Source: a virus
DNA: 64,000 nt
IMG/VR virus record: IMGVR_UViG_3300032123_000052
Location: 103,401 to 167,400 of that record
Reading direction: 5' to 3' (one strand)
The notes below the pieces were generated by a model, which saw nothing but the letters and a program-made list of their open reading frames with translations, had not been told where the DNA came from and made no database searches. Positions 1 through 10,400 of this stretch are shown piece after piece (positions within the stretch are counted from its first letter, which is position 1; each line of letters starts with the position of its first letter). Made by a program: the position numbers and the translations under genes.

Positions 1-306
1 AACGCCTCCAGCAATGTCTATGAATCACACGATGTGAGTGTTGGTCGTATCACTACCGTCGAATCATACGGCGATCGTTTCAAAGTTGATTCAGAAGGCT
101 ATTCCGGAACAATTGTTGCCGGTGAGGACTTAATTGTTTCAACAACGTCCGGCACCGAAGGTAAGCTGGTTGGTATTGCGAATCAAGCAGAAGCTACTGG
201 CAACTATGAAGTTGTTGCTCGTGCAGAAGAGGTGAATGGTACTGCAGGCTATATTGTTTTCAGAACACTTTCACCTGGAACTGTTGCAGCTTACGCAGCA
301 GCGTAA
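1..306 (+). CDS. 5'-truncated virion protein, probably head decoration/cement
   Basis: Frame is open from position 1. Small Gly/Ala/Val-rich protein directly upstream of the putative capsid gene. Confidence 0.4.
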   Translation, partial: NASSNVYESHDVSVGRITTVESYGDRFKVDSEGYSGTIVAGEDLIVSTTSGTEGKLVGIANQAEATGNYEVVARAEEVNGTAGYIVFRTLSPGTVAAYAAA

Positions 307-387
307 TAGTGGTTGATATTGAAATCCCGGGCCGGGTAACACCGGCCCATTAAAACTATTAAAACTACTCAAAAGTAGGAGCTAATT

Positions 388-1413
388 ATGCTTGATCATG
401 TAACGGCCATGCAAAGTAACGAAAGTTTCCTTGAAAAGGTCAGTACTCTTGAGGGTCAATCACAGCTTTCCGAAGCCGGTCGGCAGTATGTAAAGACCGA
501 ACTCCAGGAAGCGGCATTTACTCGTGCCATCATACCCCAGGAGCCAATTACTGTGGCGGACTGTCAGAGAAACGTCAATGACAACTCTCTGTATCTGATC
601 CGTGACATAGAGCCAGATGCAGCTGCTGTCGCAGTTGATAATCTGGGTGAGCCTGACGGAAAGTACGTCAAAGGCGAGCGGTACATCATACCAGTTATCA
701 ATTTCGTTACCCGGCGTTTCCAGATTACTGTTGAAGACCTTCGGGCCTATCAGTATAAAATCACCAAGCGTATTGAGGATAAGTCAGTTCCTGTTCTCGA
801 AAAACTTGAAGATACTTATTTTTTACGCCTGGCTGGCGCATCTCTTTCAGTTGCTGCCTCAGGATCTCAGAAAGCTGTTAAGCATTCTGGTTCAACCGCT
901 TTGACTATTGAAGCTAAAGATATAGTCAACATCAAAAATACTCTTGCATCAGGTGTCAATGGTTCAGACGCAAAGAGAAAAGAAGTGGCATGCCTGTTGA
1001 TGTGTCAGGAAGCCTTCGAAACCGCAGTATTTCTGCCTGGCGCAGGTGACGATTTCGGCAAAGATCGTGTTCTTCATGGCATCACTTCCGATACGCTGTA
1101 CGGAACAAAAGTCGTGAAAACAATCAAAAGCGACCTGTTGCCAATTGGTCACATCTGGGCATTTACCACTCCGGATTTTCTTGGCCATAACTTTGCACTC
1201 GGCGATCCGAGCTTTGAGATCAAATCCAACTTCGGTCTCATTGAATGGCAGACCAAAGAGTCAATTGCCACAGGTATCGGAAACGCTTTGTCAACATGTC
1301 TTCTGGCGCTGCTAGGCTCAGTTAATCCTGGTGGATCAACTGACCTTACTGTTACAACAACTGGCACTGTTGATGCAGATATTACCGCTTACTATGCTGG
1401 GCTGGTAATATAA
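388..1413 (+). CDS. putative major capsid protein
   Basis: 341 aa with a strong RBS (AGGAG), followed by a strong terminator. Size and position at the head of the structural module fit a capsid gene. The call is by context. Confidence 0.6.
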   Translation: MLDHVTAMQSNESFLEKVSTLEGQSQLSEAGRQYVKTELQEAAFTRAIIPQEPITVADCQRNVNDNSLYLIRDIEPDAAAVAVDNLGEPDGKYVKGERYIIPVINFVTRRFQITVEDLRAYQYKITKRIEDKSVPVLEKLEDTYFLRLAGASLSVAASGSQKAVKHSGSTALTIEAKDIVNIKNTLASGVNGSDAKRKEVACLLMCQEAFETAVFLPGAGDDFGKDRVLHGITSDTLYGTKVVKTIKSDLLPIGHIWAFTTPDFLGHNFALGDPSFEIKSNFGLIEWQTKESIATGIGNALSTCLLALLGSVNPGGSTDLTVTTTGTVDADITAYYAGLVI

Positions 1414-1446
1414 GTCTGAGAAAAGTTTTAATCATAATATTGTCTC

Positions 1447-1482
1447 AAAAGGCCCTGCCCAGGAGTTGGGTTGGGCCTTTTT
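1447..1482 (+). terminator. intrinsic terminator
   Basis: aaaaggccc...gggccttttt stem-loop with a U-tract after the capsid gene. Confidence 0.75.
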
Positions 1483-1506
1483 ACATCTTAGCGGAGGGTT
1501 AGGAAA

Positions 1507-1965
1507 ATGAAGTATATTAATATTTCAGATCAACCACGGCGAGTCGTAAGGCACCGTGTTAAAGTTCTGATAAAACCAGGAGATGTTATCAATCTTGAAA
1601 CCACCGACATTAACCATTCAAGCTCTGCATTACGTTTTTTTGAACCATATGTAGAAGGTCAGACGCCTGATGAACGGGCACCTGATAAAAATCAGAAAAC
1701 TGCTGAAAACCAGCAACCTGATGAAGATCAGTGGCAGGGTGAAGATCAGGAGCGAGATCCTGAAAATAAAGAGGAGGCAGAACTAAAAATGCCAGTAGAA
1801 GAGGAGAAGGCTGATGGACAAACTGAAATTCCTAAAAGTGAAGTGATTTTGGATTCCGAAGGAGCTGGCGAACAGGTTGACGCTGAAAATACGAAAGAAG
1901 ACACTGGGGAAAGTGAAAAAGAACAAAAAGTCGAAGAAGCCGAAATAGTAAATAAAGAAGAATAA
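1507..1965 (+). CDS. hypothetical protein, acidic C-terminus
   Basis: 152-aa ORF with GGAGG RBS. N-terminus resembles the next ORF (IKPGDVINL vs ITPGERVDL). Confidence 0.7.
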   Translation: MKYINISDQPRRVVRHRVKVLIKPGDVINLETTDINHSSSALRFFEPYVEGQTPDERAPDKNQKTAENQQPDEDQWQGEDQERDPENKEEAELKMPVEEEKADGQTEIPKSEVILDSEGAGEQVDAENTKEDTGESEKEQKVEEAEIVNKEE

Positions 1966-2015
1966 TATAAAAAACTAATTCGAAAAATCGTATACTATTA
2001 AAAAGGGAGTAACTC

Positions 2016-2420
2016 ATGGCGTTATATGAGAATGTTGCGAAAGTTCGCAAACTTATAGGTGTGCGCCGCGTTAAGAGATGGATTACGCCTGGCGAACGGG
2101 TTGATCTTGATTCGTCTGATGTGAGGCACCTTAGTGGAAATGCCGCTTTTATGCAGTTGGCTAAAAAAGAAAAACCAAAAGAAAAAAAGCCCGCTGTCAA
2201 AAAAACTACTTCTGATGAAGTTGATAAACAGCAAATGATGATTGATAAAAAAACCCTTATGGAATCTTTGACTGGCATGACCAAGGAACGCATCATTGAA
2301 GTTGCTGAGAGCATAGTTGGTATCGATGTTCTTTCAAGGACAAAGAAAGCGAAACTTATCAAACAGGTCTTGGCGGCTTCTAAGAATAAAGGTTATCGTT
2401 ACGTATTAGAACACTCTTAA
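2016..2420 (+). CDS. hypothetical protein (basic)
   Basis: 134-aa ORF with GGGAG RBS, in operon. Confidence 0.7.
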   Translation: MALYENVAKVRKLIGVRRVKRWITPGERVDLDSSDVRHLSGNAAFMQLAKKEKPKEKKPAVKKTTSDEVDKQQMMIDKKTLMESLTGMTKERIIEVAESIVGIDVLSRTKKAKLIKQVLAASKNKGYRYVLEHS

Positions 2421-2432
2421 GGAGTATTTACT

Positions 2433-2768
2433 ATGAAATTTATATCGAACAAAGGAAAAATGAAACAGGTTAAATACTCCTCTGGAATGTTGATGGGTAT
2501 TCCTAAGGGCTCTTCTTCATTACCTGATGATTCAGCTCTTGATAAATTAGTAGGTGTCAGTCCAGATCTTTCTTATATTTCAAAAGATGAGTTTTTTAAA
2601 CAAAAGAATATAATTACTACCGAAGAAAAGATCACAATTGCTAAGAAAGAACGGCCACCATTAGAGCCACCAACAAAGAAGGATAAAAAGAAAAAACCTG
2701 TAGAAAAACCAGCAAGCAAATCGGGGGAAAATACAGAGAAGAAAACCGCAGAACCGCAGGGTGAATAA
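2433..2768 (+). CDS. hypothetical protein (Lys-rich)
   Basis: 111-aa ORF with AAGGAG RBS; stop overlaps the next start. Confidence 0.7.
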   Translation: MKFISNKGKMKQVKYSSGMLMGIPKGSSSLPDDSALDKLVGVSPDLSYISKDEFFKQKNIITTEEKITIAKKERPPLEPPTKKDKKKKPVEKPASKSGENTEKKTAEPQGE

Positions 2769-3247
2769 TGACTTTAGTAGAATATAATACAGCATTAAGG
2801 AATTTTATCAAAGACAAAGAATTGCTTAATAGGCTTCTTAAGTTTGTTATAGAAAATGAAGAAGAAGATCTTGATCTATATATTAATATGGCTCTTGGCT
2901 TTCTTCAATATATACCGCCGTTTCTTGGGAATCCTACTATTGAAGAATTTCCGATGCCAGCGTTGCTCATTCACCAGGCGACTATTGAGTGTTTAATATC
3001 AAATAGCATTGTCCAAGCGCGAAACGATCTCACTTACAACAACGGTGGCGTCACTGCAAAAGTTTCTGATGGTGAAAGATATCTACGGTTATTGCAGCAG
3101 TTATATAGAATGGCTGATTTGGAAATAGCTGCGTATAAACAGTTAAAAATCGCTCAAAATATAGCCGCTGGATATGGTGGAGTTTATTCACCATATTCAA
3201 CGATACACGGAACTCAACAAAGTTTATTACCGAATAGTATTTTTTAA
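2768..3247 (+). CDS. putative head-tail adaptor/neck protein
   Basis: 159-aa helical-looking protein downstream of capsid; context-based call. Confidence 0.45.
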   Translation: MTLVEYNTALRNFIKDKELLNRLLKFVIENEEEDLDLYINMALGFLQYIPPFLGNPTIEEFPMPALLIHQATIECLISNSIVQARNDLTYNNGGVTAKVSDGERYLRLLQQLYRMADLEIAAYKQLKIAQNIAAGYGGVYSPYSTIHGTQQSLLPNSIF

Positions 3248-3261
3248 ACAAAGGAGTCAGA

Positions 3262-4059
3262 ATGAAACCTTTGACTGATGAAGAGATTACTAAATTCGCT
3301 GGGGCAAGTTCAAAATTCAAAGAGCTTCTTCTTAAAGCAGCTGCTCAGAATGAGTCAACTGGATTTAACGAAGCCCCTCCTGTGAATGATGATGGAGAAG
3401 GAAATAATGGCGAATCGCCTAAGAAAAAAGAGGTTAAACCACCTGAACAAGCACCAGCACCACCTGTGGAAGCTGTTTCTCCGGAAGTCGCGCCTGCACC
3501 TGCCGTTGCTGGAAGCCCGGAAGAGGCTGGCGCTCGAGCAGCACAAGCTTTTATCGGGCCTGAAGTAATGGCTGCTGCCGCAAGTGGAGACCCTGGTGCC
3601 GCAGATGTTATAGCAAGAACTGCAGGCGCAATAGCTGCAGCGGTAACCGAGAAGGCATCTATGGCCATGGGTGGCGGGGCGCCGGCAGATGTTCCTCCTG
3701 AAGGAATACTGCCTGAAGGTGAATTGCCAGTTGAAGGCGCTCCTGCAGGAATTGCAGCAGTACCTGCCGGCCCTCCTGGAACAGCGGCACCTGGAACGGC
3801 GGTACCTGCACCAGCTCCAACTCCTGAAGGTGTAGTTGCTGATAGTATAATTCCGCCTCAGAATGCAACACCACCAACACCACCTCAGCCCCCAGCGGGC
3901 GGTATGCCACCGCAAGGTGACAGTAAAGCGCCAAATACAATGGTAGCTCCGCAACCTTCTGGGCAACCTGTTCCTGCAAATGGTGGCCAAGGAGACATGA
4001 CTTATGACGCCCAGACCGTAGCTAAGATGATTCAGTTGGCAAAGGCGGGAAAGATTTAA
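3262..4059 (+). CDS. Pro/Ala-rich low-complexity protein
   Basis: 265 aa, AAGGAG RBS, rich in P/A/G. Confidence 0.7.
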   Translation: MKPLTDEEITKFAGASSKFKELLLKAAAQNESTGFNEAPPVNDDGEGNNGESPKKKEVKPPEQAPAPPVEAVSPEVAPAPAVAGSPEEAGARAAQAFIGPEVMAAAASGDPGAADVIARTAGAIAAAVTEKASMAMGGGAPADVPPEGILPEGELPVEGAPAGIAAVPAGPPGTAAPGTAVPAPAPTPEGVVADSIIPPQNATPPTPPQPPAGGMPPQGDSKAPNTMVAPQPSGQPVPANGGQGDMTYDAQTVAKMIQLAKAGKI

Positions 4060-4187
4060 TTGTTGGCGAAAATCAATTATTGCTATATAATAAAGGGGTA
4101 GAAATCTTTTCTGCCCCCTTTTTCATAATTGGTTAATAATGTTTTTTTAACTATATTATAAATATAGCCTTAACTAAGGGATTTATT

Positions 4188-4760
4188 ATGTCGCAAAAGA
4201 TTACCAAAAACTTTTCATTCTATGAATTCAGACCAAAAGGAAAGCCAAAATCATGGTTGCCGACTAATGAATTTACCAAAATGTTAATAACAAACCTTAC
4301 TACGAACTTACAAGTAGTAAGATCAGTACTGCCCAAACGGTGCTGGATGCAAATCACTTCCGGCGTTCGTATGCCGGAAGATTACAAGAGATTGGTAAAG
4401 GTAGGATACAAACCATCTACGACGAGTGATCATAATTTTGGTAACTCCGTTCCTCTGAAAGTTAATTCGAGAAAATATAAAAAATACGGGCCTACATATA
4501 GTTTTTCAGTAGGCGCCGCCGACTGTGTATCACATAATCTGAATGTCCGCGATTTATTTAATATTGCGTGTGAATTAACAAAGGGTAATAAGTGTAGATT
4601 TGGACAAGTGATATATGAAGAGAATCCTAAAACAGGTGCTCAATGGGTGCATTTTGGTGCTGACCCAACTTATTATTTTTCAGAAAAGATTGTTCAATTT
4701 ATTGGACGATATCCTTTTCTGGTTAGCCTGGATGGTGGGAAAAGCTATCAAATCCCTTAA
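4188..4760 (+). CDS. peptidase M15-like Zn peptidase (possible endolysin or virion lysin)
   Basis: Motifs KNFSFYEF, ITSGVR, SDH..G, GAADC, QVIYE, WVH match the M15A pattern. Confidence 0.7.
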   Translation: MSQKITKNFSFYEFRPKGKPKSWLPTNEFTKMLITNLTTNLQVVRSVLPKRCWMQITSGVRMPEDYKRLVKVGYKPSTTSDHNFGNSVPLKVNSRKYKKYGPTYSFSVGAADCVSHNLNVRDLFNIACELTKGNKCRFGQVIYEENPKTGAQWVHFGADPTYYFSEKIVQFIGRYPFLVSLDGGKSYQIP

Positions 4761-4769
4761 AGGGTAGAC

Positions 4770-6248
4770 ATGGAATTTGCATTTGTCGAGGTCATAAAGA
4801 CCAAAGAGAATTGGTTCTACATAGAATGGGATATGACCCCTGGGTCGGGCGAGTCTGTTGATGATTATAAATTCCAGATATGGTGGAGTTTTGATCCAGC
4901 GTCAGGTTATGTCGCCGTGTCCGATGAAACTGGCGATCCCATCGAAATAGACGGTGCCGTTGGCCCGCTGTCTTATACTCATGAGCATAATCAGTATAAC
5001 TTCAATAAAGACCGGTATTATCGTGTTCTTGCCATAGATAAATTTCCCCCACCAACTGGTGGGGCAATTGCTGTATTTGGACAAACAGAAGAACTTGACC
5101 CTCTCCTTATTACAACATTTGGATATCTAAACGCCGGCTCATCTGCCGATGGTTTCTTTTCAAATAAAGTCTGGATAGGGATGTACAAAGATGGCGTACA
5201 CGAAACAATAAAACACGCCGAAGACACTTTATACACCATGTATCATGGTGAGCCATGTATGGTCATCAAGCGTAAAAGTTTTGGTGCTCGGTGCCCGGTT
5301 TGCTGGTCGCAGGAACGTAGGCAGGTAACTAAATCTCATTGTGATACCTGCCACGGAACCGGTTTTGTTATCGGTTATTACCAACCAATCCTCATTCAGA
5401 TATCTTTCGATTCAGATCCCAGGAAAGCAGATGGCCAAAAAGAATGGGAGAACGTATATGATTCGAAACGCGCAAGATTGTGCAACTACCCTCTGTTAAG
5501 ACCAAAGGATTTAATCGTCAATATTGATGATTATAAACGATATGTCATCACGCATGTTGAAACAACGAAGATCCCAAGATTAAGTGAGAGTGCTATTGTT
5601 CTTTCAAAACAGAATTATATCCTCAGCCAGTTATTAACCATGGAAGAGCTTAATCCTGACGATAATGAATATTTTATTGATGTAGACAATATACCAGAGG
5701 TTCCACAAGCAGAAGAGGGCAACACCGGTAGCACACAGCCTTATTTTAATGACCATATGCCTGTTACGGTTAGCGCCCCATTGATTATAACGGATGGCCA
5801 GCAACATCTTGAGCTTGATATTAACACTGATGATTTTATAATTCAGGACGGTAAATTAAAACTTAAATACGGCGCTGGTACAATTGGTGTCGATTCATTT
5901 ATATCGGCTGAAATAATATCCACTCCACTAAAAGTATGTGCAATAAATGATGATGGCGAGGTAATAGTTGCTAATTATACAAACGTTAATCATCTTAACA
6001 GAGTGGTAGGAATTAGCCTGAATGTCGCAAGTGTAGGAACTGAAATATTTGTTCAAAAATTGGGAATTCTATCAAATATAGGCTGGAACTGGAACATCGG
6101 AGAAAGTATTTTCTTTGATGCAGCAGGAAACTTAACTCAGACACCACAAACAGAGGGCGTTGGCTTCTTTATGATAATAGCAAAACCATTATTAGAAACG
6201 TCAATCGATATATTGCTTAGAAGCCCGGTGATTAGGGCAATCCCATAG
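4770..6248 (+). CDS. putative neck/head-closure protein with Zn finger
   Basis: 492 aa; CPVCW...CDTCHGTGF motif; beta-rich C-terminal domain; inside the structural module. Confidence 0.45.
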   Translation: MEFAFVEVIKTKENWFYIEWDMTPGSGESVDDYKFQIWWSFDPASGYVAVSDETGDPIEIDGAVGPLSYTHEHNQYNFNKDRYYRVLAIDKFPPPTGGAIAVFGQTEELDPLLITTFGYLNAGSSADGFFSNKVWIGMYKDGVHETIKHAEDTLYTMYHGEPCMVIKRKSFGARCPVCWSQERRQVTKSHCDTCHGTGFVIGYYQPILIQISFDSDPRKADGQKEWENVYDSKRARLCNYPLLRPKDLIVNIDDYKRYVITHVETTKIPRLSESAIVLSKQNYILSQLLTMEELNPDDNEYFIDVDNIPEVPQAEEGNTGSTQPYFNDHMPVTVSAPLIITDGQQHLELDINTDDFIIQDGKLKLKYGAGTIGVDSFISAEIISTPLKVCAINDDGEVIVANYTNVNHLNRVVGISLNVASVGTEIFVQKLGILSNIGWNWNIGESIFFDAAGNLTQTPQTEGVGFFMIIAKPLLETSIDILLRSPVIRAIP

Positions 6249-6374
6249 AGAAATCGATTGATAATGGCAAGAAGTTATAAATGGCTAGAAATAATTACAA
6301 TAATCATCCTGTATTAGATTTTGATGCTTAAACAGATGAAGCTATTTATTTAAGGAATATGGACTTTTCAAATT

Positions 6375-7460
6375 ATGTTATACACACAGCAGAGTACAGC
6401 CACAATTGCCAGTGGAAATTCAAGCGTAGATAAGACATTGGCTTCTAATATAACTGATTTGTCAAGAGCATTTCTTTTGATGTGGTCAACAGGTCCTAAT
6501 GATTCTAATTCTATTGCTACAGGATACCTGTGGAATGATGGCGGTACAACTAAAATAAAATTTGAACGATATGGTTCTACTCTTGATTGCAGTATTGGTT
6601 ATATGGTTGTTGAGTGTAGAAATCAAGAGTTTTCGGTACAAAGAGGAGTACAAGCATTTACTACTGCGGAAGTAACTAAAACATTAGATTTCGGTACTGC
6701 TGTAGATACTCAACGATCCCTTGTTATTGTTAACGGTAGAGGAAACATGTCTGCCGGCGATCTTAATTGCCATTGTGCTTATTTCACCGGGGAATTCACG
6801 AACGTAGTAGCTAACTCTACGGATGATATTATATTGACAAGAGGGGCATCTGCAAGTTTAACTGGTACTGCTAGATATGAAGTTGTCGAATGGTCTTCCG
6901 CATCTGGTGTTACTGTGCAAACTGGAGAAAAAGATTGTTCTGGAGATTTATCGTCTGGAGTTACTGATACAATAGACACAGCCGTAACACCTGCAAGAAC
7001 ATGGCTTTATACCACTTACCGACATGCAGTTACAGGTCTTGAACAGACCTCAATTAGAGACGTGTTGACAAACGGGACAACCATTACTTTTGATAGATAT
7101 GATGAAACGTCTTCTTATCAATCATATGGTAGGTGGTGGATTATAGAGTTTCCGGCAAATGGCGTTATAGTAGAGCACTTGACAGATGAAATTGCCAGTG
7201 CGGATGCTACAGAAGATACACCATGTACAGCAATCACCCTGGCAAACTCTTATATATGGGCTGGAAATAATGTTAACGGTACAGGCAATGCCATTCCCAG
7301 AGATAGATTGTATTGGCAATTCACCTCTACAACAAATACAAGAGCAACTCGCGTATATACTGGACAAGCCGCCCAATTAGCTGTACAGACTATAGATACT
7401 TCTGCATGGGATACATCTCCAACAGGTGGTAATCCTTGGTATGCTTATTCACAACAATAA
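6375..7460 (+). CDS. virion-associated beta-rich protein (fibre/appendage related)
   Basis: 361 aa, Thr/Ser-rich, with internal repeats; precedes the giant repeat protein. Confidence 0.45.
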   Translation: MLYTQQSTATIASGNSSVDKTLASNITDLSRAFLLMWSTGPNDSNSIATGYLWNDGGTTKIKFERYGSTLDCSIGYMVVECRNQEFSVQRGVQAFTTAEVTKTLDFGTAVDTQRSLVIVNGRGNMSAGDLNCHCAYFTGEFTNVVANSTDDIILTRGASASLTGTARYEVVEWSSASGVTVQTGEKDCSGDLSSGVTDTIDTAVTPARTWLYTTYRHAVTGLEQTSIRDVLTNGTTITFDRYDETSSYQSYGRWWIIEFPANGVIVEHLTDEIASADATEDTPCTAITLANSYIWAGNNVNGTGNAIPRDRLYWQFTSTTNTRATRVYTGQAAQLAVQTIDTSAWDTSPTGGNPWYAYSQQ

Positions 7461-7478
7461 ATTAATAAGAGGTTTATT

Positions 7479-10400
7479 ATGCCAACAATTTGGATGGACG
7501 TAGATGCAGCATTAAGTGAAGTGCCAGTTAATATTCTTGCACTAATTGATGACACTGATTTCAAAACAAGAGAAGAGTCTGTCACTTATAATCAAGCCGG
7601 CATGGATCTTGTATGGAATTTTGTATCTACCGCAGGAGTTTTTACTCAAACTGCTGTTACTCCTACATCAGGTGGTGATTATGATTGGGTAAACCAAGGA
7701 AATGGCATATATACAATAGAAATACCTGCTTCTGGAGGTGCTTCAATAAACAATGATATTGAAGGATTTGGATGGTTTGTTGGATATGTAACTGGTATTT
7801 TACCATGGAGAGGACCAATAGTTGGATTTAGAGCTGCTGCACTAAACAACGCTTTGATTGATGGTGGCGATGTTCTTGATATCAATACTACACAATGGAA
7901 TGGTACAAATGTAGCTACTCCTACTGTAGCTGGTGTTCCTGAAGTTGATGTTACTCACATAGAAGGTGCTTCTCAATCAGCAACAGATCTTAAAGATTTT
8001 GCTGATGCTGGATATGATCCTGCTACTAATAAAGTTCAAGGTGTTGTTTTGGTAGATACTACTACAACCAATACTGATATGGTAGGAACTAATGGTGCCA
8101 ATACAACAATTCCTGACGTAGCCGGTATCGCAGCAACTCTTCATGGAATAACAGATGGTAAAATTGATGATGTACAAACAACTGTAGATGCAATAGAAAC
8201 AGACACTCAAGATCTTCAAACACAAATTGGCACTGCTGGTGTTGGCTTAACTGATTTAGGTGGAATGTCTACTGGAATGAAAGCAGAAGTTAATATAGAA
8301 GCCGACGCTGCCTTAACAGACTATGATCCTCCTACAAGAACTGAAGCTACTGCTGACAAAAATGAAATAATTGTAGAAGTTGATGCTAATGAAACTAAAA
8401 TAGATGCAATACAAACAACTGCTAATGCAATAGAGGTGGACACACAGGATATCCAGAATTCTATTGGTATTGTTGAAGATTTAGGCAATGGTACTACGTT
8501 AGCTAAAAACAATAGAGACATTGCAGGTGCCACATTTATTACAGGTACTGATTCAAATGAAGCAATAAGAGATAGAGGTGATACTGCATGGACCACAGGA
8601 GCTGGTGGTGACGCTACTGAAGCTAAACAAGATTCCATAATTGCCACAATCGGTACTGCTGGTGCTGGATTAAATGATTTAGGTGGAATGTCTACAGCAA
8701 TGAAAGCCGAAGTTAATATAGAGGCTGATGCCGCACTATCTGATTATGATCCTCCTACAAGAACTGAAGCTACTTCGGATAAAGATGAAATAATTGTAGA
8801 AATTGATGCTAATGAAACTAAAATAGATGCTGTACAAACTACTGTTGACAATATTGAAACTGATACACAAGATCTTCAAGGAAGATTACCAGCATCATTA
8901 ATTGCAGGTAGAATTGATGCTGATACGACTGCTATTAGTGGTGATGTAACTGCAGCAAACAATCTTGAATTAGACTATGATGGTACTGGTTATGCAAAAA
9001 CAAATTCAATAATTGGCACAACAACAACAAATACCGATATGGTAGGAACCAATGGTGCAAATACAACGGTTCCTGATATTGCTGGTACTGCTGCTACACT
9101 TCATGGGATAACTGATGGTAAAGTTGATGATGTACAAACTACTGTTGACAATATTGAAACAGACACGCAGGATCTTCAAAGTTCAATTGGTACTGTTGAA
9201 GATTTAGGAAATGGCACTACATTGGCTAAGAATAATAGAGATATTGCAGGCGCCACATTCGCAACTGGTACTGATTCAAATGAATCAATAAGAGATAGGG
9301 GAGACGCTGCATGGTTAACTGGCGGTGGTGGAGCAATATCTCAAATAATTAATCCTAATCAAGTTATTCCTATTTCTATAGACCTTGCAAACACATCAAC
9401 TGTTAGACTTGGATTTATGTTAATAAATGCTGTAGATGATCTTCCAAGCACAGCCGAAATAACTCCTGGAACAATAAGTATTGAAAGAAAAGCTATTGGT
9501 GGAGCTTCATGGAGTGCTATTATAACTGATGCTGCATGTAGTGAACAGGCCGGTATGGTTTATTATGATGAGGTTTTTGATACGGGGGCTGGATATGCAG
9601 AAGGTGATTCAATAAGAATAACCTTTAAATCCCAATCAGTTATAGCAGATGCAAATACATTTGAAATTACTGATAGTAATGGTGTAAGTTTTCAAACATA
9701 TATCAGAGAAACAATGAGAGGCACAAATAGTGCAAATACAACAGTCCCTGATATTGCTGGTACAGCAGCTACTTTACATGGAATTACTGATGGTAAAGTT
9801 GATACAGTTGATACTAAGGTTGATACTATTGACACTGTTGTCGATGCCATTAAAGTTGTTACTGATGTTCTTCCAAACGCAGGTGCGTTGACAGATATTG
9901 ATACTGGAATAAACAACATTGAGGCGAAACTTCCTACTAATTATATTATGGGATCCTCTATACAGGCTGATAAAGATGACGAAATCGACTCAATTAAAAC
10001 AACTGTTGAAGCACTGAACAATATCTCATCTGGTGATGTACAAACAGCTTGTGATACCGCGATTACCGCCAATACTGATATTGACAATATCGATTCTGGT
10101 GTTAATAATATTGAAGCTAAACTTCCTACCAATTATATCATGGGATCGTCTGTACAGACTGACAAAGATGACGAGATTGACGCAATCAAAGTAGTTACTG
10201 ATGTTCTTCCAAACTCAGGCGCACTCACTGATATTGATGCCGGTGTAAATAATATTGAAGCAAAACTTCCAAGCAAAACATATCTCACCGGAACTACAAA
10301 TGCTGATGGTGATGTTCAGCTTGATGAGGCAACTGGCGCATTGCCTGCTGGCGCATTCGCGAACCATCCAACTGTTGGTCTTAATGATGACGCTATCACT